Shown in pieces: positions 1-9,777 of a stretch of 64,000 nucleotides of DNA. The position numbers were made by a program, and so were the translations under genes. The notes below the pieces were generated by a model, which saw only the letters and a program-made list of their open reading frames with translations, ran no database searches and had not been told where the DNA came from. Source of the stretch: Oscillospiraceae bacterium (GTDB taxonomy: Bacteria; Bacillota; Clostridia; Oscillospirales; Acutalibacteraceae); contig CADAUV010000003.1 of assembly GCA_902791235.1 (NCBI GenBank), positions 9,016 through 73,015 of the forward strand. Reading direction: 5' to 3'. Numbering within the stretch: position 1 is the first letter of the stretch; every line of letters starts with the position of its first letter.

Positions 1-908
1 CTGTTTTGTCAAATCTGGAATATAGTACTGAACCACATTTCGATAGCATACAAGTCGCACTTAGAAAATCATTTGATTATGCCTCAAAGCATCAGATTGA
101 TAAAGCAATTGATATTATTAATGCTGAAATAAACAATACTTCAGATGATGAAACAAAAGGATTGCTGCTTCAGTACAAAGCTGAAGTAACTAACTTTAAA
201 GATTCAGCTGAAGCACAGGAAATTATTCTTAAAGCAAATCAGTTCAATCCTATGATGCTTAATCCAATATCCGGTGCAGTTCCTTCAAAATATGCAAAAA
301 AGATTAGTGACCAAGCAAGTTCCCTTCTTGAATATATAAGTGATAACGCATTAGAGCCAAACTCTTTTATTATTCGAGTTGACTCAATTCTAAATGATTT
401 GAATTTTGTATCAACATCATACAAAAGATTTGAAGCGAGCATTAAAGACCTTGGACTGATTTTAGGGTTAATGTCATCAAGACCAGAAGAAGAAAGCGGT
501 AGAGGTCCAGATAATTTATGGGGATTAAATAACCAGGAATATATGGTTATTGAATGTAAAAACGAAACAACTACTAACCTTATTTCAAAACACGATTGTA
601 ACCAATTAAATGGTTCGATTAATTGGCTTGCCGAAACTTATCCCGGATATGAAAACTGCTATCCAATAATGATTCATAATTCAAATGTTTTCTCTTTTGA
701 ATGCTCTCCAAACGAAAACATAAGAATAATGACTCCGGAGTGTTTAGAAAAATTTAAGGCTTCAGTTAGAGAATTTGCTAATTCCATTACTGCCAAATTC
801 GGTTTCAAAGATGTTATGGCTATTACAAGTTCTCTTAAAACTCACAAGCTTATGGGAAGCATGATTTTTGATAATTATACATATGCTTACAAAAAGCAGG
901 TCAAGTAA
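1..908 (+). CDS. C-terminal part (5' truncated by window) of a probable SF2 helicase-PD-(D/E)xK nuclease, Hna-like defence protein
   Basis: Frame is open to the window edge; GRGPDNLW...VIECKN...Q nuclease motif after a helical region; AT-rich; helicase motifs themselves are not visible. Confidence 0.55.
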   Translation, partial: VLSNLEYSTEPHFDSIQVALRKSFDYASKHQIDKAIDIINAEINNTSDDETKGLLLQYKAEVTNFKDSAEAQEIILKANQFNPMMLNPISGAVPSKYAKKISDQASSLLEYISDNALEPNSFIIRVDSILNDLNFVSTSYKRFEASIKDLGLILGLMSSRPEEESGRGPDNLWGLNNQEYMVIECKNETTTNLISKHDCNQLNGSINWLAETYPGYENCYPIMIHNSNVFSFECSPNENIRIMTPECLEKFKASVREFANSITAKFGFKDVMAITSSLKTHKLMGSMIFDNYTYAYKKQVK

Positions 909-1024
909 TCAGAATTATTATGTAACCACGGGTATGATAGAGTACCTGTGGTTACTTGTTTTGTTGTTGAATAAGTTGTATGGTGTTGTTAATATAATAA
1001 ATATGACATTTTGTAACATTTGTG

Positions 1025-1057
1025 TTGCATTGTTTTGTTCTGTATGTTATAATGCAA
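1025..1057 (+). promoter_or_regulatory. Sigma70-type promoter with overlapping inverted repeat for the AbiE-like operon
   Basis: TTGCAT(1025)-17 bp-TATAAT(1048) with extended TG; inverted repeat TTGCATT(1025-1031)/AATGCAA(1051-1057). Confidence 0.65.
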
Positions 1058-1085
1058 TCATAAAGTTATAATTGAGGTGAAAATC

Positions 1086-2069
1086 GTGAAAAGTGCTATT
1101 CAATATATTCAAAGCGTTTTTACGGATGTAGCAAATATAGAAAATGCGAATTTCAATAATATTCCAATTTATCTTTTTGAAAAGTTTAGTTTTACAAATT
1201 TTGAGTTATTGGGAAACAAATGTATATTAGCTGAATACAAAGAGAAACAGGAATTATTCATTGACACTATTAGCAAAGATCTTAAACAAATAAATAGGTT
1301 TACAAACAGATACCCTGTATTTGTATTTGAAGGGCTTAGATTAAAGCAAAGGGAAAGCTTAATCAGCAGCAAAATCCCTTTTGTAGTCCCTGAAACACAG
1401 ATATATATTCCGTATCCTCCAATATCCTTATCCGAGTTTGAGGCAAGAGAAAGAGTTGAAACAGAAAAGTTCAAAAAATCCACACAGGTAATTTTTGCCT
1501 ATTTGCTTCTCAACGATATTGATACCATAAACGCTCACAGGCTTGCAGAGCAACTTGGTTATTCTGTAACAACTGCTAACCGTGCGTTAAACGAGCTTGT
1601 TGATAAAGGAGTATTGCTTCAAAGTAGTAACGGCACAAGAAAGAAGTACACTATCCCGAGCAAAAAAGAGTATTGGGAGCAGGGCAAGCAATTTCTGTTT
1701 AATCCAATTACAGATTCGTTCTTGCTTTTAAAAAGCAATGTAAGTATTGGCGATGAGCGTTTATTAAAATCGGGAGATACTGCTCTGTGTGAATATTCAG
1801 ACCATTTTGATGAAAATACAAATTATGAAAAGCATTATGCTTGTTATACAAACGATTTCCACGAATTGCACAAGCACGGATATCCGAAAACAATAGAGCT
1901 TTCAATGTCAAGCTTTGTTTGTGTTGAAAGTTTGGTATACAATCCTGCATTATTATCAAAGGATGATAAAATTGATGCTGTTACTTTGTATGCTCAGTAT
2001 CTTGACAAGCATGATGAAAGAGCAGAGATTGCGCTTGATGAAATTATGGAGGAAATAATCAATGGTTAG
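1086..2069 (+). CDS. Winged-HTH protein, probable AbiEi-like type IV antitoxin/regulator
   Basis: wHTH INAHRLAEQLGYSVTTANRALNELVDKG; C-terminal D..TLY...DERAE; overlaps the downstream nucleotidyltransferase; GTG at 1086 follows GAGGTG RBS (ORF track start 1077). Confidence 0.6.
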   Translation: MKSAIQYIQSVFTDVANIENANFNNIPIYLFEKFSFTNFELLGNKCILAEYKEKQELFIDTISKDLKQINRFTNRYPVFVFEGLRLKQRESLISSKIPFVVPETQIYIPYPPISLSEFEARERVETEKFKKSTQVIFAYLLLNDIDTINAHRLAEQLGYSVTTANRALNELVDKGVLLQSSNGTRKKYTIPSKKEYWEQGKQFLFNPITDSFLLLKSNVSIGDERLLKSGDTALCEYSDHFDENTNYEKHYACYTNDFHELHKHGYPKTIELSMSSFVCVESLVYNPALLSKDDKIDAVTLYAQYLDKHDERAEIALDEIMEEIING

Positions 2070-2790
2070 AGGTTTAGATAAATTCAAAGAGTTTTTTGAG
2101 AATTACGGTAGCAATTATGTATTAATAGGTGGTACGGCTTGCTCTATCATCTTTGATGAAATCGGTCTTGATTTTAGAGCTACAAAGGATTTAGATATTG
2201 TTCTTATTATTGAAAATCTGAATGATGATTTTGCAAATCGGCTTTGGGAATTCATAAAGGCAGCGGGATACCAAATTGAAGAAGGCAAGAATAAGAAATT
2301 CTATCGCTTCAATAACCCCAAGGACCGTTCATATCCAAAAATGATTGAATTATTTTCGAGAAATAACAACATCGAACTTGTACCTGACGCTCATTTGGAG
2401 CCGATACATATTTCAGATGATGTTTCAAGCTTATCTGCTATTTTGCTTAATGATGACTATTATAATCTTTTACTTGAAGGAAAAAGAACCATTGACGGAT
2501 ATAGCGTTCTTGATGAAAAGTTTCTTATTCCTTTCAAAGCAAAAGCTTGGTGCGAAATGACCGATAGGCAAGAAAACGGTGAAGAAGGTTTAAGTAAACA
2601 TATTAAAAAGCATTTTAGGGATGTTTACAGACTTTCGCGTATCATTGTCCCAACAGACAAGGTTTCCCTTGACGGAATGGTCCACAGCGATATGGAGCGT
2701 TTTATTAGCAACATTCTCACAACTGAAAACAGATCGGATGATATTAACTATCAGGAAATGTATGATTTACTGACCAATGTTTATCTATAA
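2062..2790 (+). CDS. AbiEii-like nucleotidyltransferase toxin
   Basis: LIGGTAC...RATKDLDIV motif and C-terminal KxKA...KHFRDVY, typical of the AbiEii/DUF1814 superfamily. Confidence 0.7.
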   Translation: MVRGLDKFKEFFENYGSNYVLIGGTACSIIFDEIGLDFRATKDLDIVLIIENLNDDFANRLWEFIKAAGYQIEEGKNKKFYRFNNPKDRSYPKMIELFSRNNNIELVPDAHLEPIHISDDVSSLSAILLNDDYYNLLLEGKRTIDGYSVLDEKFLIPFKAKAWCEMTDRQENGEEGLSKHIKKHFRDVYRLSRIIVPTDKVSLDGMVHSDMERFISNILTTENRSDDINYQEMYDLLTNVYL

Positions 2791-2792
2791 AC

Positions 2793-2834
2793 AAAAAATG
2801 ACGGGGAGAGCCGCAAAGCCCTCTCCGCCTTTCA
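2793..2834. terminator. Hairpin between convergent toxin and hydrolase genes
   Basis: A-run, then imperfect stem CGGGGAGAGC/GCCCTCTCCG, then T residues. Confidence 0.5.
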
Positions 2835-2835
2835 T

Positions 2836-4569
2836 TTAGATTAGTCCACCGACACAGTTGTATTTAGGATTACCGGATAAATTTTTCCCGTTTTCCCAAC
2901 CCCAGCAGACACCTTTGTAATTGTTTACCCAATTGTTGAGTGTCTCTATCTTAACGCCACCGATATTGTGAGCAACCATACCATTACCGATATAGATACC
3001 GACATGACCGTATTGGCTGCTTGAATATCCGTATACAGCAGCGCCGACCTGAATCTGTGACCAGTCTTTTGATACTGACCACATTCTGCCTGCGGCAACT
3101 GCCGATGCTGCGTGACCTCTGTTGCCAACCGCAACCTGATAAACATCCGCAACCCACGCCTGGCAATATCCCTTACTTGCCGGAATACCATATTCAGCAG
3201 AATTTGTTGCAACGACAACCACTTTCTTTTGCGCTTCTATTGCTGTTTCACTACTGAAATCAAGCGTTGAAATATCAATGTTTTTGCCTATTCCAAAGCC
3301 ATATATAAGGGAGTTCCACATTTTATCGTTTTTGGGCGACAAAAGCTCTGCAAGGTATTCCTTCTGTTTGGCAGAGAAATGGTATTGCTCAGCCATTTCA
3401 TCAGCAGATTTGCCGTTAATGGCAAGGTACAGAGTAACTTTGGTAACAGGTTGTTCTTCCTGAACAACATTTCCTTGCTCGTCTGTTGTTTCAACAACGG
3501 TGGTGCTTTCTTCTGTTTCCGTTCTTGACGATATGGAATTCATATCCCAAAAGATGTCACGAAGCATATTCTTCTTGCTCTCATCTATTGTTGCAACCTC
3601 AAGGGGATTATTTGGATCAGTATTCACTTTAACAGAATAGATGGCAAGAACCTCTTTCCAATCGGCTTGATACCCTGACATATCCAATGTGTCATAAGTG
3701 TATTTAGCCTTTTCTTTTTCTGTTTCAGCCCAAAACTCCTCATTGAGTTCAATAACAGCAGACTGAATGGTAATACCCGTTCCACTATCTTCGTTAGAGA
3801 AGAAAATACCGTATACAGAGTATGCAACGGCACCGATCATACAGATAACAATGATAACAATAACTGCTGTCCAACCGCCTGCAATAATAGCAGATACAAG
3901 CGATTTAACTGCTTCAATCGTCAGTTTAGCGATTTTCTTCAAAAACGCTACTGCTTTTTTAGCGAGCTTCGCCGCTTCTTTAGCAGACTCTCTTGTTATT
4001 GCCTCAGCCTTCTTTGCTGCTTTTGCAGATTGCTTCATCGTTTCCTGTGCTAATACTCTGCCGTCGTTAGCAGAACGGATAACCTTTTTGTTACCCTCAA
4101 CGGTTTTAATGGTATCCTTCGACCTTCTGCCAAACAGTTTTATTTTGCTTGTGGTTTCGGTTCCGCTTCTTTGAGTAGCAGTATTAACAATTTTAATGTT
4201 ATCAATCGTTTTGGCGGTATGCTCTCCCGCTTCTTTTATTTCATCTGCTTCAAATTGAAGCGTCCTTTTCTGGGAAACAGGTTCACCGTATTTCAACCTG
4301 TCATGATAATACTTAACATCCTGCTTTGTCTTTTCATAAGCCTTTCTGCCGACTTTATGGGAAACATAGACAGCCGTTCCAACAGCCGCTTCGGTTGAAA
4401 CCTGAGATTTGTTGGTAGCATATTCATTGGGATTGTTTTCATCGGTTTCGGTAACCTTTTTTACATTTTCTTTTGTCTTAATGCCGACATCCTTTATCTT
4501 TTCAGTTGCAATTTTAGCACGGTCAACCGTTTTAATTGTCTGCTTTGCAACCTCTTTAATATCAGCCAT
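2836..4569 (-). CDS. Conjugation-associated peptidoglycan hydrolase (VirB1 analogue, C-terminal CHAP/NlpC-P60-like domain)
   Basis: Lys/Ala-rich N-terminus, TM segment IIAGGWTAVIVIIVIC, C-terminal GYCQAWV...YGHVGIY catalytic Cys/His. Confidence 0.8.
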   Translation of the reverse strand: MADIKEVAKQTIKTVDRAKIATEKIKDVGIKTKENVKKVTETDENNPNEYATNKSQVSTEAAVGTAVYVSHKVGRKAYEKTKQDVKYYHDRLKYGEPVSQKRTLQFEADEIKEAGEHTAKTIDNIKIVNTATQRSGTETTSKIKLFGRRSKDTIKTVEGNKKVIRSANDGRVLAQETMKQSAKAAKKAEAITRESAKEAAKLAKKAVAFLKKIAKLTIEAVKSLVSAIIAGGWTAVIVIIVICMIGAVAYSVYGIFFSNEDSGTGITIQSAVIELNEEFWAETEKEKAKYTYDTLDMSGYQADWKEVLAIYSVKVNTDPNNPLEVATIDESKKNMLRDIFWDMNSISSRTETEESTTVVETTDEQGNVVQEEQPVTKVTLYLAINGKSADEMAEQYHFSAKQKEYLAELLSPKNDKMWNSLIYGFGIGKNIDISTLDFSSETAIEAQKKVVVVATNSAEYGIPASKGYCQAWVADVYQVAVGNRGHAASAVAAGRMWSVSKDWSQIQVGAAVYGYSSSQYGHVGIYIGNGMVAHNIGGVKIETLNNWVNNYKGVCWGWENGKNLSGNPKYNCVGGLI

Positions 4570-4692
4570 AATTCACCTCCGAGGTAAGCATTTAGAAGCC
4601 GTTTTTTAGGGGTAGGCAACAAACAATACCTACCCCTTAAATTTGAACGCTGAAAACCCTTTATTTATGCGGCTTTCAGAACCTCTAAATGC

Positions 4693-5052
4693 TTACTTTT
4701 TTACACGGTTTTTGTGCCTATATTGATACTGTGCGTTTTTCATTGACCGTCTGAGCTTTGCACATTCAGGACAGTACCGATGACGGTTACTTTTCTTGAT
4801 AAACGGTTTGTTACACATAACGCAGCGTTCCTTGCTCGTGCTGCCTGTTAATTCTTTTTCAAGAGCTTCGTCATTGGGTAATACCGAATTTCTGAAATAG
4901 TTACACATCATGTGGTCGCTGATGTTCTGAACACAAACACAGCCCTCGCCCTCATCAAGAGCGACACATTCATTGTCGTGAAAGTTTGCACAATATTTTG
5001 ATATGAGCATTTTAACCTTTCGTTTTTGTTTTCTGGTAAATTCCTTTGACAA
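4693..5052 (-). CDS. Cysteine-rich VLP domain zinc-finger protein
   Basis: CANF...C...CVQ...CNYFRNSVLP plus CxxC...YCxxC. Confidence 0.8.
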   Translation of the reverse strand: MSKEFTRKQKRKVKMLISKYCANFHDNECVALDEGEGCVCVQNISDHMMCNYFRNSVLPNDEALEKELTGSTSKERCVMCNKPFIKKSNRHRYCPECAKLRRSMKNAQYQYRHKNRVKK

Positions 5053-5062
5053 TTACCTCACC

Positions 5063-5785
5063 TCAAATCTGTTTTGCAATAACAACAAACCTTCCGTTAT
5101 TCTGCGTGTATTCACAGGTGGATAATGTCAAAAGTTTATCTCCGTATTCAGCCGTTAAGCCCGTTTCATAAAAAGATAACGCCTTGCATTTTTCAATGTA
5201 GGCGTTAAATTCTTCTTCCGTATTGGCTTTTGTGAAATCATAATAACGGAAGCCGTTATCTGAGTAGGCTCTTGTTTTGAATACGGCAATTACCTCATAG
5301 AGATTGCTTTCGTTCAAGGTGTCAAAGCGAATCAGTTTATGATTGTCATAAAACTCTCTGTCTGAGTAATGCGTTAGGGCATTGAACATTGTTTTGTTCT
5401 TCATATTATGCCCGTAAATGATGATATTGTCATCGGTTTCAATATCGCAGTTTGCCTGAACAAAGGGAACGCCGAAACGGGAATACTCCTTATTGAAATT
5501 ATGCTTGAGATAAAATTCGGGATTGTTCTTGCTCTGCATAACGGGATAATCAATAGGCGTATCATCTATGCGTATCCAACCGACAAAATCATGATTCAGC
5601 TCATAGAGGTCTTTGTATTTGTCCTCATCAACCTCATTACCGTTTGTCTTGACGGTTTCAGCAATCTCCTCAAATTCTGTAATCTGCGCATGATCCTCTT
5701 TGCTTTCTGTGTATATCTCATAACCGCAGTAAATAGCGATACAAGCAAGCAGAATAATAGCGATTATTCTTATTGCATTTCTCAT
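5063..5785 (-). CDS. srtB: Class B sortase
   Basis: N-terminal TM, IDYPVMQ, IIYGHNM, LTLSTC...R motifs. Confidence 0.9.
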   Translation of the reverse strand: MRNAIRIIAIILLACIAIYCGYEIYTESKEDHAQITEFEEIAETVKTNGNEVDEDKYKDLYELNHDFVGWIRIDDTPIDYPVMQSKNNPEFYLKHNFNKEYSRFGVPFVQANCDIETDDNIIIYGHNMKNKTMFNALTHYSDREFYDNHKLIRFDTLNESNLYEVIAVFKTRAYSDNGFRYYDFTKANTEEEFNAYIEKCKALSFYETGLTAEYGDKLLTLSTCEYTQNNGRFVVIAKQI

Positions 5786-5815
5786 TTTGTTTACCTCCGT
5801 AAACCAAAAGAGGCT

Positions 5816-8140
5816 TTACGCCTCTCCTGGTTTTGTTGACATTAATTTGTAAAGTGAGTTGTGCGGGAACTTGTTCTCAAACGGAACAAGTGAGCTACCG
5901 ATTTTAAGCAGTCCGTGTCCGGCATCAACATTGGTAATATATTTCATTTCCTCCTCGGAAATGTTAAGCAGTTTTGCAAGCTCCACTCTGTCCGTTGAAG
6001 CCTGATTCAGCATAACAATAAGCTCGGAGTTTGCAAGCATTGACCTCGCCGTATGGCTCTGTAACAGGTCCTCAACGTTCTGTGTGATACCTGTTGCATA
6101 CGCACCGTACTTACGAACACGCTTCCAAAGAGTAAAAAGGAAATTAGCGCTGTACTCATATTCAAAGAGAAGATAAATCTCATCAATGAAGATATACGTT
6201 TTCTTGCCCTTTGCTCTGTTTGCAGTAATTCTGTTGAGAATACTGTCAAGGATAACAAGCATACCGATAGGCATAAGCTGCTTACCGAGGTCAAGAATAT
6301 CATAGCAGATAAGACGGTTATCCGTATCAACATTGGTATTCTGAGCAAAGGTGTTGAGCGAACCTTCCGTAAACAGTTCAAGAGCAAGTGCTAAATCCTT
6401 TGCTTCAGGTTCCGTTCTCTTAATTAGTTCATTTCTGAAATCAACAAGAGTAGGCGGAGTTCCCTTGTAGCCGTTATTGATATATTCTCTGTAAATCTTT
6501 CTTGCACAGCTATCAATAATTGACTGATGCTTCGGATTGGTATCAAGGTTGCCCATAATCTGCTGACAAAGGGACATAATGAACTGTGATTTAAGTGTAA
6601 TCGGGTTAGCGCTTTCATCATAGTCCTTGTTAATATCAAGAGCATTGATATGATAAGGCGATGTTGCAGAGATAGGAATAACCTCTCCGTTCATTGCCCT
6701 TACAAGTGGCGAATACTCTCTTTCGGGGTCAATGATGATAATATCTGCTTTGCCTGCAAGCATCTGTTCAACAATCTCTCCCTTTGCCGTGAAGGACTTA
6801 CCACCGCCGGGGACACCGAGGATAAAGCCGTTACCGTTAAGCAGTTCCGCACGGTTGATAAGGATAAGGTTTTTGCTGATAGGATTGATACCGTAGTAAA
6901 TACCGTTGTTATGGCGAATATCCTGCACTCTGAACGGCATTAAGACTGCAAGTGACTCGCTCGTTAAGGTTCTCTTGCACTCAATTTCACAAGCGCCGAT
7001 TGGAAGAACTGTGCGAAGTCCCTCATACTGTTGAAAGGTAAGCTTACCCATCTGACAGTTTTCGCTCTGTGCGGTCATCATAATCTGCTTTGTATCAATG
7101 TTTAACTGCTCCATTGAGTCAGCAGTAATAACCATAGTGAGAACGCACATAAACATACGCTGGTCACGGTCATTGATGTCATTGAGCAAGTCCTCAACCT
7201 TTTCCTTTCTTGCAGCCATATCATACGGAACATCTGCGCCGTAGTTACCGTTTGAGGTCTGCTTACGCTTCCAGTTTGTGATTTCCGTGTTTACACCGAG
7301 CAAGGTTTTTTCAACATTCTTTACGGCTTCGTGAGCAGGCACAGGCGAAATGTCAATGGAAAGCATAAGGTTACGGTTAAGGGATGTGAGTTTTGAAACA
7401 AACTTATCGGAAATGCCGGAAGCATAATCACGAAGAAAGATAACCCTTCCGTATTTATCACCCATACGGAAATAGTCCCTTTTGAACTCAAAGGAATCAG
7501 GACAAATACTGTCTTTGAAATCGTGTCCCTTTCTGTCCGTCTGCTTCAGGTCAAAATCAAATGCTTCATCCTCTCCGTTTCTGTAAAAGTCGTGAAGAAT
7601 ATGAAGCCTGTCGTTTGCAGTCAAATCAATGAGCTTGCTATCAAGTTTTTTGAGCCTTGCCGTAAAGTCTGTTTCAATTCTGGAGAAGTATGCTTTTGCT
7701 TCCTCAATATCGTTTTTCTCAACGGTTACGGTAATATACTTTTCCTGAACGATAGAGTCGGCGCTTGCCGCCTTATCCATAAGCATTTCATTATACTCCC
7801 TGCGATAGCCGTCAAGGTTATCCTGACGATAAGGGATAAGCAAACCTCTCTCAAGGTCAGTTTTATTGACTACTCTGTTGTTAATGGTAATCTTTGTGGT
7901 TGCTTCATCATCAAAGGAATTGAGAAACGCTGAGTAATCAAGGAACATATCTCTCTTGTCCTCGTCACTTGCAACAGAGTAGTTAATATCCGTGAATCTG
8001 TAAGTCTTTGAATATCTCTTTTTACCTACCTGAAACACACCGTCAGAATATGCGGTTTCAATAGGGATAGCCTGCTGAACAGATTTCGGAATCTTAAAGC
8101 GTTCCTTGTCCTTTTTGAAAAGCTTCTTAAATATTGACAT
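5816..8140 (-). CDS. VirB4-like conjugation ATPase
   Basis: Walker A GVPGGGKS, IIDPEREY, IFIDEI, RKYG...TQN; probable start ATG 8140 after AAGGAGG. Confidence 0.93.
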   Translation of the reverse strand: MSIFKKLFKKDKERFKIPKSVQQAIPIETAYSDGVFQVGKKRYSKTYRFTDINYSVASDEDKRDMFLDYSAFLNSFDDEATTKITINNRVVNKTDLERGLLIPYRQDNLDGYRREYNEMLMDKAASADSIVQEKYITVTVEKNDIEEAKAYFSRIETDFTARLKKLDSKLIDLTANDRLHILHDFYRNGEDEAFDFDLKQTDRKGHDFKDSICPDSFEFKRDYFRMGDKYGRVIFLRDYASGISDKFVSKLTSLNRNLMLSIDISPVPAHEAVKNVEKTLLGVNTEITNWKRKQTSNGNYGADVPYDMAARKEKVEDLLNDINDRDQRMFMCVLTMVITADSMEQLNIDTKQIMMTAQSENCQMGKLTFQQYEGLRTVLPIGACEIECKRTLTSESLAVLMPFRVQDIRHNNGIYYGINPISKNLILINRAELLNGNGFILGVPGGGKSFTAKGEIVEQMLAGKADIIIIDPEREYSPLVRAMNGEVIPISATSPYHINALDINKDYDESANPITLKSQFIMSLCQQIMGNLDTNPKHQSIIDSCARKIYREYINNGYKGTPPTLVDFRNELIKRTEPEAKDLALALELFTEGSLNTFAQNTNVDTDNRLICYDILDLGKQLMPIGMLVILDSILNRITANRAKGKKTYIFIDEIYLLFEYEYSANFLFTLWKRVRKYGAYATGITQNVEDLLQSHTARSMLANSELIVMLNQASTDRVELAKLLNISEEEMKYITNVDAGHGLLKIGSSLVPFENKFPHNSLYKLMSTKPGEA

Positions 8141-8510
8141 CGTCTGCCTCCTTCTTATTCTTTTTTCTCTTTTTGCCTTTTTCCTCTTCGGGTTTACCGA
8201 GCTTTTCAAAGGCGTTTTCACTACGGAATTTCAGTTCGTAGGGCATAAGAATATCGCATTTAATCCACGCCCATACAATCTGCTCTGCGTTCATTCCGTT
8301 GTATTTCACAAAGCCCAGCGCCGCAAAGGGCGAAGCAATCAGAATACACAGCCAAGAAAGTGTTTCAAGGCTGAAACGCTCTTTCAAAAGAAAGTATGAG
8401 CCGACTGCTGCACCGCAGGCGAGGGCAGAAAAAATGAGCTGACGCATATTCAGCCCAAAGAACAGAGCTTCGCTGTAATCACGAAACTCGTTATTGATTT
8501 GTACTCTCAT
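8127..8510 (-). CDS. PrgI family membrane protein (VirB3-like)
   Basis: Y.E.LFFGLNMRQ motif, two TM helices, directly upstream of VirB4. Confidence 0.85.
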   Translation of the reverse strand: MRVQINNEFRDYSEALFFGLNMRQLIFSALACGAAVGSYFLLKERFSLETLSWLCILIASPFAALGFVKYNGMNAEQIVWAWIKCDILMPYELKFRSENAFEKLGKPEEEKGKKRKKNKKEADDVNI

Positions 8511-8521
8511 TTTTTACCTCC

Positions 8522-9358
8522 TTAAAGTCCCATCATCTCGTGAATAATTCTATCTGACATCTTAACTGTTCCGACAAGAACAAGCATATTAAAGGCAAGC
8601 TCGCCGATATATTTCCAAACCATTGTAACGGCTGCTGCGTTTGCATCCACCTGCGGCGGACTTGACGCATAAAGCGAGAAGATAACGCAGGCAAGAATAA
8701 TAACTGCACCTTCAAGCAATACGCCGCAATATGATTTGAGAAAAGATTTGCCGATATTCTGTGTCGGTTCTCCCGCAAAGGTGGAAAGCGGGATAGGTGC
8801 TAATGCTGTATACATATACAGTTTAAAGAACCTGCCGTAAACGGTAAGGATAAGGATAAAAGATAATACAGTGATTAAAAGACCGCCGATAAGCGTTACT
8901 GCCCATAGGGGTATACTTTCAAGAAAGCTGCAATCCTCAATCGCCGTAACCATTTCACTTGGCAGAGTTGTTGAAGTAGCACCAGACAATCCCGATGTTG
9001 TCATAATGGTTGATATTACACCCTGAATGATATTAAATATTGCAAGCATTAACTCCATGCCGTATGTTACCATGCCTTTTGCAATGGCAAATCGCACAAA
9101 GAGTTTTAATGCGTGCTCAGGCTTCTTAACCTCTGCGAAGGAACCGCAGGTTTTAACCATTCCGACAACGAAAAACAGCACAAGTAAAGCAAGACCGATA
9201 GCCTGCAATGCACCGTTAATGTTGACGATTGTTGTCCAAATGCTTCCGCCTTTAAAGTCTTGTGGAGATTGTGTCAGTAAAGACCAGATTTCATTTAACT
9301 TGTTATTCCAAGTTTCAAGGGCGTTTTCAAGGTTTTGTACTACCCAGTTGTCTGACAT
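8522..9358 (-). CDS. VirB6-like polytopic T4SS membrane protein
   Basis: Multiple TM helices; YGRFFKLYMYTALAPIPLSTF motif; position in the module. Confidence 0.8.
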   Translation of the reverse strand: MSDNWVVQNLENALETWNNKLNEIWSLLTQSPQDFKGGSIWTTIVNINGALQAIGLALLVLFFVVGMVKTCGSFAEVKKPEHALKLFVRFAIAKGMVTYGMELMLAIFNIIQGVISTIMTTSGLSGATSTTLPSEMVTAIEDCSFLESIPLWAVTLIGGLLITVLSFILILTVYGRFFKLYMYTALAPIPLSTFAGEPTQNIGKSFLKSYCGVLLEGAVIILACVIFSLYASSPPQVDANAAAVTMVWKYIGELAFNMLVLVGTVKMSDRIIHEMMGL

Positions 9359-9412
9359 AGTTTACCTCCTTTGATTAGGGCAAGCCTTTTCAGGCCTGCC
9401 CTTTGTTTTTGT

Positions 9413-9763
9413 TCAGCCTGTGATAAGGTTGAGGATTTCCTTTGCAAAGGTAATAACAACACCACCTGCAAGGGTAAGAAGTCCGTTTGCTCTCTGTGAC
9501 GGGTCGTGAGATTTCAGTGATAAGCCGACCTGCACGATACCGAAGCCGAGAATGATAAGACCAATCGCACGGATAAGACCGAAGATAAAGGTGGATAAGT
9601 TGTTTACTACCGAGATAGGATCTCCTGCGGCAAAAGCCGTAATGCTTGTGCAGCAAAGAGTAAATACAATCGCTGCAAAAACTGAAAAGAGAGCCTTTGT
9701 TTTCTTTGACATCGGCTCTCTGCGTGTGTTAAGTCTTTCAGACTTTTTGTTTAACTTTTTCAT
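9413..9763 (-). CDS. VirB2/pilin-like (Maff2-related) membrane protein
   Basis: Signal peptide ending AFA, two TM helices, HDPSQRANG loop; lies between VirD4 and VirB6. Confidence 0.65.
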   Translation of the reverse strand: MKKLNKKSERLNTRREPMSKKTKALFSVFAAIVFTLCCTSITAFAAGDPISVVNNLSTFIFGLIRAIGLIILGFGIVQVGLSLKSHDPSQRANGLLTLAGGVVITFAKEILNLITG

Positions 9764-9777
9764 TAAAGTTACCTCCG

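Noticed and set aside
8141-8221. N-terminal extension of VirB4 in the ORF track (similar extensions at 13539, 15813, 17629, 30597, 41036, 49998, 58981, 61904)
   Set aside because: Downstream ATGs have better RBSs or match the family N-termini; the extensions overlap upstream genes or regulatory DNA
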